Shown one piece after another: positions 44,964 to 52,584 of a DNA stretch of 59,602 nucleotides; the first letter of the stretch is position 1; each line of letters begins with the position of its first letter. A program made the position numbers and the translations under genes. Location: positions 1 through 59,602 of the forward strand of contig CANIBV010000001.1 in the NCBI GenBank assembly GCA_947466005.1. The letters run 5' to 3'. The notes under the pieces were generated by a model. That model was not told the origin of the DNA. It saw nothing but the letters and a program-made list of their open reading frames with translations, and did no database searches. Source of the stretch: Spartobacteria bacterium (GTDB taxonomy: Bacteria > Verrucomicrobiota > Verrucomicrobiia > Chthoniobacterales > UBA6821).

Positions 44964-45088
44964 TCTCGCGCAGAGAAGTGGTAACGTTTCTCTATGGAGG
45001 CATCTTGCTGCGTAGAATAATCCCTTTCATCAACTCAATCCCTGTGGATTTATTCCTCCTCCGCGCCTCTGCGCCTTGCGGGAGACTC
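44964..45088. repeat. octamer-array palindromic intergenic element, degenerate copy A
   Basis: The left end is TCTCGCGCAGAGA, carrying one GCGCAGAG unit (44968-44975). An AT-richer spacer follows. The right end has three tandem units: CTCCGCGC, CTCTGCGC and CTTGCGGG (45059-45082), then AGACT. It shares the 14-mer GCGCCTCTGCGCCT with copy B. Confidence 0.6.
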
Positions 45089-45101
45089 TCATCCGCCCTT
45101 T

Positions 45102-46574
45102 TCAGTAATCCCCGTTCCTGAGGGAGTTGAAGGCTGCGCCGAGATAAGCGATCACGGACGTTGCCGAGAGTGACTCCTGGGACTCCTTCCCGTGAAAGAT
45201 AGCAATCTCAGCGGCGCGCCCGCAGACCCAGGCCCCGAGCATCGCGGCATCCCGGGGTGAATGACCGCTTCCGATCAGGGCCGCGCAGACACCGGTCAGG
45301 ACATCCCCCATTCCACCGCTTCCCATGCCGGGATTACCGGTGCTATTGAAGACAGGGGGGGCATCATGCTGCGCAATGATCGTGCGAGCGCCCTTGAGCA
45401 GTAGGGTCACGGGATAATATTCGGCAAATTCCGAGGCCCACTCACGGCGGGAACGTCCTGCCCGGGCCTCAAGTCGCTCCATTTCACCCGGATGAGGAGT
45501 TAACAGGCGTAGTCCTGCACAGTGCAAGAGAATGGAAACATCCGTTGAGACTGCATTCAGTGCATCGGCATCCACGACACAGGGAAGGGGCGACTCAGCG
45601 ATGATCCTGCGTAACTCCTGATCATGTTCACGGCCGAGGCCGGGTCCGAGAGCGAGCACGTCGTTTCGCTCCTTCATCACTTCGAGATACGAATCCACCC
45701 TCTGCACCATCACCTCAGGCACGCAGCTCCCGGCAAGGAGTTCATAGGAATCAGGAGTCGCGTAGAGCGTCACGAGCCCCCCCCCCGCATGGACGGCCGC
45801 AGCGGAAGAAAGTCGGGCCGCGCCAAGAAAACAAGGAGATCCGGCCAGAATGCCGATGCGACCATAGGTTCCCTTGAAGCTGTCAAAGTTCCGGAGAGGA
45901 AGCAGATGGCGGATCATTTCCGAAATGATCACGGACGCTGGATCTGAAACGGAATACGAGACTCCTGGCAGGGGAACCACAGCCAACCTTCCCACAACTG
46001 GGGTGGCGGTGTCTGCCACAAGCCCCGTTTTCACGGCCCCGAGGGTCACCGTAAAATCAGCCTGCACATAGGCACCAGGAATCTCGCCGCTTGTAGCATC
46101 AAGGCCTGAAGGGAGATCCACGGCGACCGTGGAGGCACCACGTTCCTTGCGGACCAGGTTGATCTCGTCGATCAGTTCTGAAACAACTCCACGGGGAGCA
46201 CCGGTGGCGCCAATTCCCAGCAATCCATCCAGGAGAACGAGTGACCCGCTCGTTTGGGGAACGCCCTGCTGGATAGCGGTATCCTGAAGCAGTTCTAGAT
46301 TCCGGCGTGCCAGCGGTGCCAGCTCATCGGCTGGAGCAGCAAGTCGTAGCACGACCCTCCAGCCGGCCTCAGCGAGATGACGCGCCGCGACAAGGGCATC
46401 CCCTCCGTTATTGCCCTTACCACAATAGACAACGAGCGTACCCGCCCCGGGAAAAAACTGGTGGATACTCCCGGCAATCCCCTCACCCGCAATCTCCATC
46501 AATCCGTCGGGAGTAGCCCCATTCCGAAAAGCCAGTTCCTCAGCTGCTTTCATCTGTTGGAATGTGAGGATCAT
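45102..46574 (-). CDS. nnr: bifunctional NAD(P)H-hydrate repair enzyme (epimerase + ADP-dependent dehydratase)
   Basis: ORF track 490 aa. N-terminal YjeF_N (GKGNNGGDALVAAR) and a C-terminal carbohydrate-kinase domain (GGMGDVLTG). Confidence 0.92.
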   Translation of the reverse strand: MILTFQQMKAAEELAFRNGATPDGLMEIAGEGIAGSIHQFFPGAGTLVVYCGKGNNGGDALVAARHLAEAGWRVVLRLAAPADELAPLARRNLELLQDTAIQQGVPQTSGSLVLLDGLLGIGATGAPRGVVSELIDEINLVRKERGASTVAVDLPSGLDATSGEIPGAYVQADFTVTLGAVKTGLVADTATPVVGRLAVVPLPGVSYSVSDPASVIISEMIRHLLPLRNFDSFKGTYGRIGILAGSPCFLGAARLSSAAAVHAGGGLVTLYATPDSYELLAGSCVPEVMVQRVDSYLEVMKERNDVLALGPGLGREHDQELRRIIAESPLPCVVDADALNAVSTDVSILLHCAGLRLLTPHPGEMERLEARAGRSRREWASEFAEYYPVTLLLKGARTIIAQHDAPPVFNSTGNPGMGSGGMGDVLTGVCAALIGSGHSPRDAAMLGAWVCGRAAEIAIFHGKESQESLSATSVIAYLGAAFNSLRNGDY

Positions 46575-46591
46575 GGGAACGGAAAAGATTA

Positions 46592-46700
46592 CTCGCGCAG
46601 AGGCGCAGAGTTCGCAGAGAGGAATAGAGCTAAATCTTTCATATCGACCATATCACCAACTATTTTCACTCTCTGCGCCTCTGCGCCTCCGCGCGAGACT
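46592..46700. repeat. octamer-array palindromic intergenic element, intact copy B
   Basis: The left arm is GCGCAGAG GCGCAGAG TTCGCAGAG (46595-46619). The right arm is CTCTGCGC CTCTGCGC CTCCGCGC (46671-46694). The arms are reverse complements at 27 of 30 positions and are separated by a 47-nt AT-rich spacer. Confidence 0.78.
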
Positions 46701-46709
46701 TTCTTAAAT

Positions 46710-47936
46710 TCAGGCGCTAGGAAGAGTTTCGCCACGAAGGCTCAGCACCCGTAGCATCACCTCCTCGATGAGGTTGTTCGGGCAGGACGCTCCGGCTGTG
46801 ATACCTACCTGAGCCTCCTCTCCAGACTTGGGAAGCCAGGGAACCTCCGAAGTGATCTCCTCTTTCTTGTGGAGGTCAAAGTGACGGATCAAATCAGCTG
46901 ATTCAAGGCACTCCTGATTGCGAACGAAATAGGTAGGCACTATCTGCTCACCCATCTCGGCAAGGTGGGTGGTATTGGAGCTGTTATAACCTCCCACAAC
47001 GAGCAGCAGATCCAATGGTCGTTCAGCAACCTTCCCGCCCAGCAACTCCTTCAAGGCATCCTGACGCTCTTGGGTGGCACCGCAGATAGTATCAAAGAGA
47101 CGAAAGTTCGCGTCACTCCCGTCACGGGCAAACACCGCAGCCTTCAGCTTGCGCTGCACTTCTTCCGTCTCCTCTCGGAGCATGGTGGTCTGGTTCGCCA
47201 CTCCGATTTGGTTCAAATGAAAATCGGGATCAAATCCCTCCGAGAATCTGCCGGAAAAAGCGCTAAGAAATTCCTCACGGCTTCCCGCTCCACGGATGTA
47301 GTCACAAACTCGGTCTGTCTCGGCAAGATTCAGAACGATCAGATAGCGACCGTTTCCGAAACCCAGGGCACGGGAGGCGGTGGCACGTGTTTCCTCGTGG
47401 GAAGCCTTCCCATGAATGATGGAAGTGACATCCTCGGTCGCATTCTGACGGACGCGCTTCCAGACGCTCATCACATCGCCGCAAGTCGTGTCCACAATCC
47501 GGCAACCATGCCGCTTGATCTCCTCGAGCAAGCTGACTTCGGCACCAAAAGCAGGAACGATCACCACATCCTCGGGCCCCAGATTCTCGACATGGGGGCG
47601 GCCGGAGGCGTCCAGAAGATTCCGAATACCAAGGGCCGCGATCTGAGCATTGACCTCGGGGTTGTGGATGATCTCCCCGATGAGAAAGAGGCGGGATTCA
47701 GGGAAGACCTTGCGTGCGGCATAGGCAAGGTCGATGGCTCGTTCCACGCCGTAGCAGAAGCCAAATTGCTTGGCCAAACGGATCACGGTTTTTCCCGTCT
47801 GCAGGACGGATCCCTCAGCACGCACCCTCTCTACGAGACTGCTGTGATAGTGATGCTCGACCTGCTCCTGCACTCGGGCCATGACCTCCGGGGTACGGAG
47901 GTTCACTTTCACAGAGGCTGCAGGAGGAATGCTCAA
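46710..47936 (-). CDS. ispH: 4-hydroxy-3-methylbut-2-enyl diphosphate reductase (long form)
   Basis: ORF track 408 aa. GFCYGVERAI, DTTCG and NSSNT cysteine-containing and signature motifs. The length and insertions resemble the long cyanobacterial/plant-type form. Confidence 0.92.
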   Translation of the reverse strand: MSIPPAASVKVNLRTPEVMARVQEQVEHHYHSSLVERVRAEGSVLQTGKTVIRLAKQFGFCYGVERAIDLAYAARKVFPESRLFLIGEIIHNPEVNAQIAALGIRNLLDASGRPHVENLGPEDVVIVPAFGAEVSLLEEIKRHGCRIVDTTCGDVMSVWKRVRQNATEDVTSIIHGKASHEETRATASRALGFGNGRYLIVLNLAETDRVCDYIRGAGSREEFLSAFSGRFSEGFDPDFHLNQIGVANQTTMLREETEEVQRKLKAAVFARDGSDANFRLFDTICGATQERQDALKELLGGKVAERPLDLLLVVGGYNSSNTTHLAEMGEQIVPTYFVRNQECLESADLIRHFDLHKKEEITSEVPWLPKSGEEAQVGITAGASCPNNLIEEVMLRVLSLRGETLPSA

Positions 47937-47945
47937 ACGTTATTC

Positions 47946-48587
47946 TTACTGCAAGACCGCAGCCTTGATTTTTTGGAAATAACTGGGCGAAGTCATTTCC
48001 CCGTTCGGGAGGTCTGGGTCATTATAATCCTGCGGGCGGGGAGTCTTGGCTCCCAAAGTGGCATCCTCAGGCTGGGTGTTGGCAATCTTCACTGGTGTAC
48101 CAACACGGGTCAGTTCCCAGAAATCTCCAGCATCATTGGCATGGAGGCGGACGCAACCGTGCGTCTTGGGCGTCGGCCAGACCCATCCCTGGTGGAAACC
48201 ATAGCCGGGAGCGAATTCAACCCAATAAGGCATCGGATAACCGACATACCGGCCCTTGGCACTGCCTGCCTCGCAAGGAACAATGGCATCCCTCATCACG
48301 GCGAATCCATAGCTGCCTGAACGCTTGTTTCGCTCTTTGCGGGTGACGCAGAGGTTTCCTTTGGGGGTGGACTTGGATGGCATGCCGACGCAGCAGGCCG
48401 TCACAAGCAGGGGCCTGTTCCCCTCCATGACGTACACCATCTGCTTGTTCAGCGAGACCTTGACCACCACATCATTGAGATTCTTCGGTCTGTAAGCTGG
48501 CTGATCGTAGGTGGTACGGAATGCCGTTGTGGCACAACCACTGAGCAGCAGAAGGGGTAAAAGCAGTAGCGGCTTAAAATATTTCAT
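47946..48587 (-). CDS. L,D-transpeptidase (YkuD family) lipoprotein
   Basis: ORF track 213 aa. Lipobox LLSGC, and the catalytic motif HGCVRL preceded by FHQG. Confidence 0.88.
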   Translation of the reverse strand: MKYFKPLLLLPLLLLSGCATTAFRTTYDQPAYRPKNLNDVVVKVSLNKQMVYVMEGNRPLLVTACCVGMPSKSTPKGNLCVTRKERNKRSGSYGFAVMRDAIVPCEAGSAKGRYVGYPMPYWVEFAPGYGFHQGWVWPTPKTHGCVRLHANDAGDFWELTRVGTPVKIANTQPEDATLGAKTPRPQDYNDPDLPNGEMTSPSYFQKIKAAVLQ

Positions 48588-48760
48588 GGCAATAGGAAAA
48601 CCCGAAAAGGGAGTCGTGTCAAACGGGGCTTTTCGCCGGCTAACGGGATAAAGGCTTGCTGGTCATTTTGAATCGGCAGCCCGGGCTCATCGAAAAATCA
48701 CCAGGCAGGTGAAAACTTGTTCTTTCGCCCTCCCCTCCGTATCCTCAATTTGAGGTACAG

Positions 48761-49282
48761 ATGATGAAGGCCGACGATTACAATTACGCGATGGAGAACA
48801 CGCGCGTCGTGCATGCTCCAAGCAACGCGATCGAGACCTATGGGCAAACTAGCTTCCGCTTTCGTCTGGTCACCGAGCCGATGGATGAGATCGGAAGCGT
48901 CCGGATCCGCAAGGGGATGATCCATGCGGAGCGTCCCCGGATCCTCGCCCCACAGTACATCAGCAAGCTCCTGCTGGATGGCTTTGGGGAAAGGGCCCGT
49001 GATTTTGCTGGATGGATGGAGGATCAGAAGGACTTCCACATCTTGCGCTACGGCTTCTCGCTGAGAAAAACCGACCTTTCGGAAAGTCTGCTCCGTGAGC
49101 CCAAGGAGGAAGTCCTTGGGCGTCTCGAGCAGGAGATACGCCGGAACGATGACCCGATGGATGCCTTGATCGAAGGGATCGACGATGCCTGGGAAGTCTG
49201 TCTGATGAAATTCACCATGGATCTCATTCAGCGCTCGGCTGGCGGTAACATGGCTGAATGGAAACGCCGAGGCCTGATCTGA
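48761..49282 (+). CDS. hypothetical cytoplasmic protein
   Basis: ORF track 173 aa. Protein-like composition, but no motif recognised. Confidence 0.4.
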   Translation: MMKADDYNYAMENTRVVHAPSNAIETYGQTSFRFRLVTEPMDEIGSVRIRKGMIHAERPRILAPQYISKLLLDGFGERARDFAGWMEDQKDFHILRYGFSLRKTDLSESLLREPKEEVLGRLEQEIRRNDDPMDALIEGIDDAWEVCLMKFTMDLIQRSAGGNMAEWKRRGLI

Positions 49283-49307
49283 TTTTCACCACCCGCTCAC
49301 TACCCTT

Positions 49308-50261
49308 ATGAGAACCTTCAAATTCGTCACCCTCCTCATACTAGGCCTCCTGATTTTCGGGACAGCCAGTTTCTTCGCCTACGAGCTTTTCATTAAGCCG
49401 AACAGAGCAGAGAAGAAGGAAAAGGCGGCGGAAGCCGCAGCACCCAAAGGAACACCCACGCCAGATCCGGGTGCCCCGGACCTCCAGCGCCTGCAGGGTC
49501 TTCAGGGAGCAGGAAAGACCGTGGAGGCGCGGGATGGACTGAAGGCATGGATCGAAGCCCACCCTCAGTCACCTCTCCTTCAAGAGGCTCGCAGGCAGCT
49601 TGGCGGATGTAACATGGTCATCCTCTTTCAGCCTGCTGAAAACCCCTCACTTATCACCTACACTGTGGTCAAAGGGGATTCCCTGGCTAAGATTGCAAGC
49701 AAGCATCAGTCCAATGCCGAGCTGATCCAAAAGGCAAACGGCCTCCCTAACATCAATCTCCAGATCGGCCAGCAGTTGATTGTGCCTACTTTAAAACCCT
49801 CCCTGGATCTCGATCGTAAGACAAAGACGCTGACGCTACTCAATAATGGTACCTACCTGAAAGAGTACACGCTTCTTTCTGCACCGGCGGCACCCAAGAT
49901 ACCGTCCAACACCGCATCCAAAGTGCTCGATAAAGTGGCCAGCGCAGGATCCAAGCGTATTGCCTTTGGTGATAAAGCCTACGCCGAGAGCGACCGCATC
50001 ATTATCCTGACGGGTGCTCCCGCAGTTGTCGGATATTCGGTGCCGGCTCCAGCATCGGCACCGACGCCTTCACTTGCCCCTAGTTCAAGCCTGACGAACG
50101 CATCCCAGACCAATACGGCCGCCACGAACGCCGTGACGAATGCACCCGTCATCCCAGTTCCCACTCCGGAGCCCATGCCCGGCGGGTATGTGCTCTCCAC
50201 CGAGGATATGCTTGAGCTCTTTCCGCTCGTCTCACGGAATACTCCAGTCATCATCCACTGA
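49308..50261 (+). CDS. LysM-domain protein with degenerate YkuD-like C-terminal domain
   Basis: ORF track 317 aa. N-terminal anchor, a TPR-like helix pair, LysM (YTVVKGDSLAKIASKH...GQQLIVP), then a YkuD-like start (LDLDRKTKTLTLLNNGTYLKEY) and end (GGYVLSTEDMLELFPLVSRNTPVII). Confidence 0.6.
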   Translation: MRTFKFVTLLILGLLIFGTASFFAYELFIKPNRAEKKEKAAEAAAPKGTPTPDPGAPDLQRLQGLQGAGKTVEARDGLKAWIEAHPQSPLLQEARRQLGGCNMVILFQPAENPSLITYTVVKGDSLAKIASKHQSNAELIQKANGLPNINLQIGQQLIVPTLKPSLDLDRKTKTLTLLNNGTYLKEYTLLSAPAAPKIPSNTASKVLDKVASAGSKRIAFGDKAYAESDRIIILTGAPAVVGYSVPAPASAPTPSLAPSSSLTNASQTNTAATNAVTNAPVIPVPTPEPMPGGYVLSTEDMLELFPLVSRNTPVIIH

Positions 50262-50292
50262 TCCTTTTTCTTCACCCCGAATCCTCCGATTT

Positions 50293-51237
50293 ATGAACGT
50301 CCAGCCTCTCGATTTTGAACTATCCATTGCCGACCTTGAGAGTCGAGTTGCCGAACTGGCAGAGCGTCGTCCCTCGGAAGATCCCCTTCTTGTCGCCGCC
50401 CGGGAGGATCTTGAGAAAGAGCGTAAGGCTCTCTACGGCAACTTGACACCGTGGCAGCGCGTTCAGATCGCGCGTCACCCGACCCGCCCCTACTTTCTCG
50501 ATTATGTCGCTGCATGCGTAACTGACTTTGTAGAACTGCATGGCGACCGTCTCTTTGGTGATGACAAGGCAATGCCGGCCGGCATCGGCCGGATTGGTGG
50601 CCATCGCTGTGTCATCATCGGACAGCAGAAGGGCCGCGATGTGAAGGAGAATGTGCTCCGCAACTTTGGCAGCCCTCACCCGGAAGGGTACCGCAAAGCC
50701 CTCCGCCTCATGCGCATGGCCGAGAAATTCAAGCTTCCCGTAGTCTGCATCATCGATACCCCAGGCGCCTATCCAGGAGTCGGCGCCGAGGAGCGCCACA
50801 TCGCTGAGGCGATCGCCGTGAACCTCAGGGAAATGATGGTCCTAAAGACCGCCATCGTGGCCGTCGTGATAGGCGAGGGTGGCAGCGGCGGAGCACTGGG
50901 AATCGGCGTGGCCGACCGCGTTCTCATGCTTGAGAATTCCTACTACTCCGTCATCTCTCCCGAAGGATGCGCCGCCATTCTCTGGAAGCACCGTAAACAC
51001 GCACCAGAGGCCGCCGCAGCACTTAAGCTGACCGCCGATGATCTTCAGGAGTTCGGCCTCATCGATGGAGTGATTCCCGAACCGATGGGCGGGGCACACC
51101 GGGACACCGCCGCAATGGCATCCATCCTCACCGACACCATTTCCTCCACCCTGGAGCACCTTGCCAAAATCCCGATGAAGAAACTCCTCGAAGACCGCTA
51201 CAGCAAGTTCCGCAGGATGGGCGTGTTCTCCGAGTAG
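50293..51237 (+). CDS. accA: acetyl-CoA carboxylase carboxyltransferase alpha subunit
   Basis: ORF track 50140..51237, trimmed to ATG 50293. ARHPTRPY, IIDTPGAYPG and GEGGSGGALG motifs. Confidence 0.95.
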   Translation: MNVQPLDFELSIADLESRVAELAERRPSEDPLLVAAREDLEKERKALYGNLTPWQRVQIARHPTRPYFLDYVAACVTDFVELHGDRLFGDDKAMPAGIGRIGGHRCVIIGQQKGRDVKENVLRNFGSPHPEGYRKALRLMRMAEKFKLPVVCIIDTPGAYPGVGAEERHIAEAIAVNLREMMVLKTAIVAVVIGEGGSGGALGIGVADRVLMLENSYYSVISPEGCAAILWKHRKHAPEAAAALKLTADDLQEFGLIDGVIPEPMGGAHRDTAAMASILTDTISSTLEHLAKIPMKKLLEDRYSKFRRMGVFSE

Positions 51238-51998
51238 GACTTCTTTTTTTTTGCGCCCTCTCCGTTGCCGGCAACAGGGCTGATCACGAGTGTAATTTCC
51301 CCTCGTGGTGGATGAGCACTGTAGTGGGCTGCAAGTACCGAGGGACTTCCGTGGCGGTACTCCTCGTGGATCTTTGTGAGTTCCCTAGAGACACAAAGTC
51401 GGCTTGCAGGTGCGATGGCAACGAGATCTTCCAGGCAGTCAATAAGGCGGTGCGGCGACTCAAAATAGATGCTCGTCATGGTGAGAGATACCGCCTTGCG
51501 CAACTCCCCTCGCCTTCCAGAGCCAGAAGATGGAAGGAAACCACAAAAGACAAAGGGAACGGGCGGTAATCCGCTGCCTACAAGGGCGGTCACGACGGCA
51601 CTGGGTCCGGGCAGCACCGTGTAATGGATCGCTTCCGTAATGCAGGCCCGAACGAGTCGAAAGCCGGGGTCACTAAGCGATGGAGTCCCCGCATCGGTCA
51701 CCATGGCCAGTTTCTCGCCGGCTCTCATGCGCGCGACAAGTTCCGGAAGTCGTCGCTCCTCATTATGCTCGTGGAAGCTGACCAGTGGCTTGCGGACCTC
51801 AAGGTGGGAGAGTAGTTGGGAGGCCCTCCGTGTGTCTTCGGCAATCACCACATCGCAGAGACGTAGTGCATCCATAGCCCTCAGGGTCAGATCCCCCAGA
51901 TTTCCGATCGGCGTGGCAATAAGGGTTAAAGGCAGGAGAATACTCTTGTCTCCTCCTGTCACCGTGTTTTTTTTGGCACTCTGATCTAAATCGTTCAT
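51198..51998 (-). CDS. rsmI: 16S rRNA (cytidine1402-2'-O)-methyltransferase
   Basis: ORF track 51198..52115, trimmed to ATG 51998. LIATPIGNLGDLTLRA and VIAEDTRR motifs of the TP-methylase fold. Confidence 0.86.
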   Translation of the reverse strand: MNDLDQSAKKNTVTGGDKSILLPLTLIATPIGNLGDLTLRAMDALRLCDVVIAEDTRRASQLLSHLEVRKPLVSFHEHNEERRLPELVARMRAGEKLAMVTDAGTPSLSDPGFRLVRACITEAIHYTVLPGPSAVVTALVGSGLPPVPFVFCGFLPSSGSGRRGELRKAVSLTMTSIYFESPHRLIDCLEDLVAIAPASRLCVSRELTKIHEEYRHGSPSVLAAHYSAHPPRGEITLVISPVAGNGEGAKKKKSYSENTPILRNLL

Positions 51999-52059
51999 AA
52001 CCCTTCCGATTATTGCCCTCGACTCCCGCCTGTCGACCCTCGACTTACCCGAAGAAACC

Positions 52060-52584
52060 CTACCAGCCTTCAGCGACCTTGCTGACGAGTTTCTCCGCCA
52101 TACGCTGGGCAGCAATCGGGTAGTTCATATTCTGGTTGGTGACCAGATCGGAGTTGACCCTGTCAGCCTCGGTGAAGAATGGGGTCACGCCGACAGCTGT
52201 TCCCTGCTGGAGAACGGCTCCGGTCGTGCGGTCAATCACACGGTAACTCACGGTAAGTGTCAGCTCGAACTCCGACGTCTGGAGCACGTTGTTCGCAAAG
52301 ATACGCATTGGCTGGCGCTGCACGCTGACGATTGCCCCCTCGATGATCGCGTCAGCACGGTCGGCCGACTCGATCCTGTAAGTGCCATCCTGCTGGAACT
52401 GCTTGGCAACGGCATCAGCCGTCTGAGCCTCAAGCCGGGGAATGAGCGTCTGATTTTTGAAGGTATTAACGGCTATGGTAGTCACCCGCCGCATCGGTGT
52501 TGGCTTGATCTCGCCTAGGTGGTAACCGCAACCGGAGAGGGAAAACAACAGCGGCAGGAAGAGGAACGCCTTTTTGGAGATCAT
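52060..52584 (-). CDS. lptE: LPS-assembly lipoprotein LptE
   Basis: ORF track 174 aa. Lipobox LSGC immediately followed by GYHLG, as in LptE/RlpB. Confidence 0.68.
   Translation of the reverse strand: MISKKAFLFLPLLFSLSGCGYHLGEIKPTPMRRVTTIAVNTFKNQTLIPRLEAQTADAVAKQFQQDGTYRIESADRADAIIEGAIVSVQRQPMRIFANNVLQTSEFELTLTVSYRVIDRTTGAVLQQGTAVGVTPFFTEADRVNSDLVTNQNMNYPIAAQRMAEKLVSKVAEGW

Noticed and set aside
44964-46700. The GCGCAGAG repeat clusters as a CRISPR array.
   Set aside because: The units are only 8 nt long and directly abutting, with no spacers. Each arm has at most three copies, arranged as inverted arms. No cas genes are present.
46965-48320. 451-aa plus-strand ORF, one of the longer ORFs in the track.
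   Set aside because: It runs antisense across ispH, the ispH/ldt junction and part of the L,D-transpeptidase gene. Both of those have clear family motifs on the minus strand. Its composition is Gly/Leu/Arg/Asp-rich with no motifs, as expected of a shadow ORF in GC-rich DNA.
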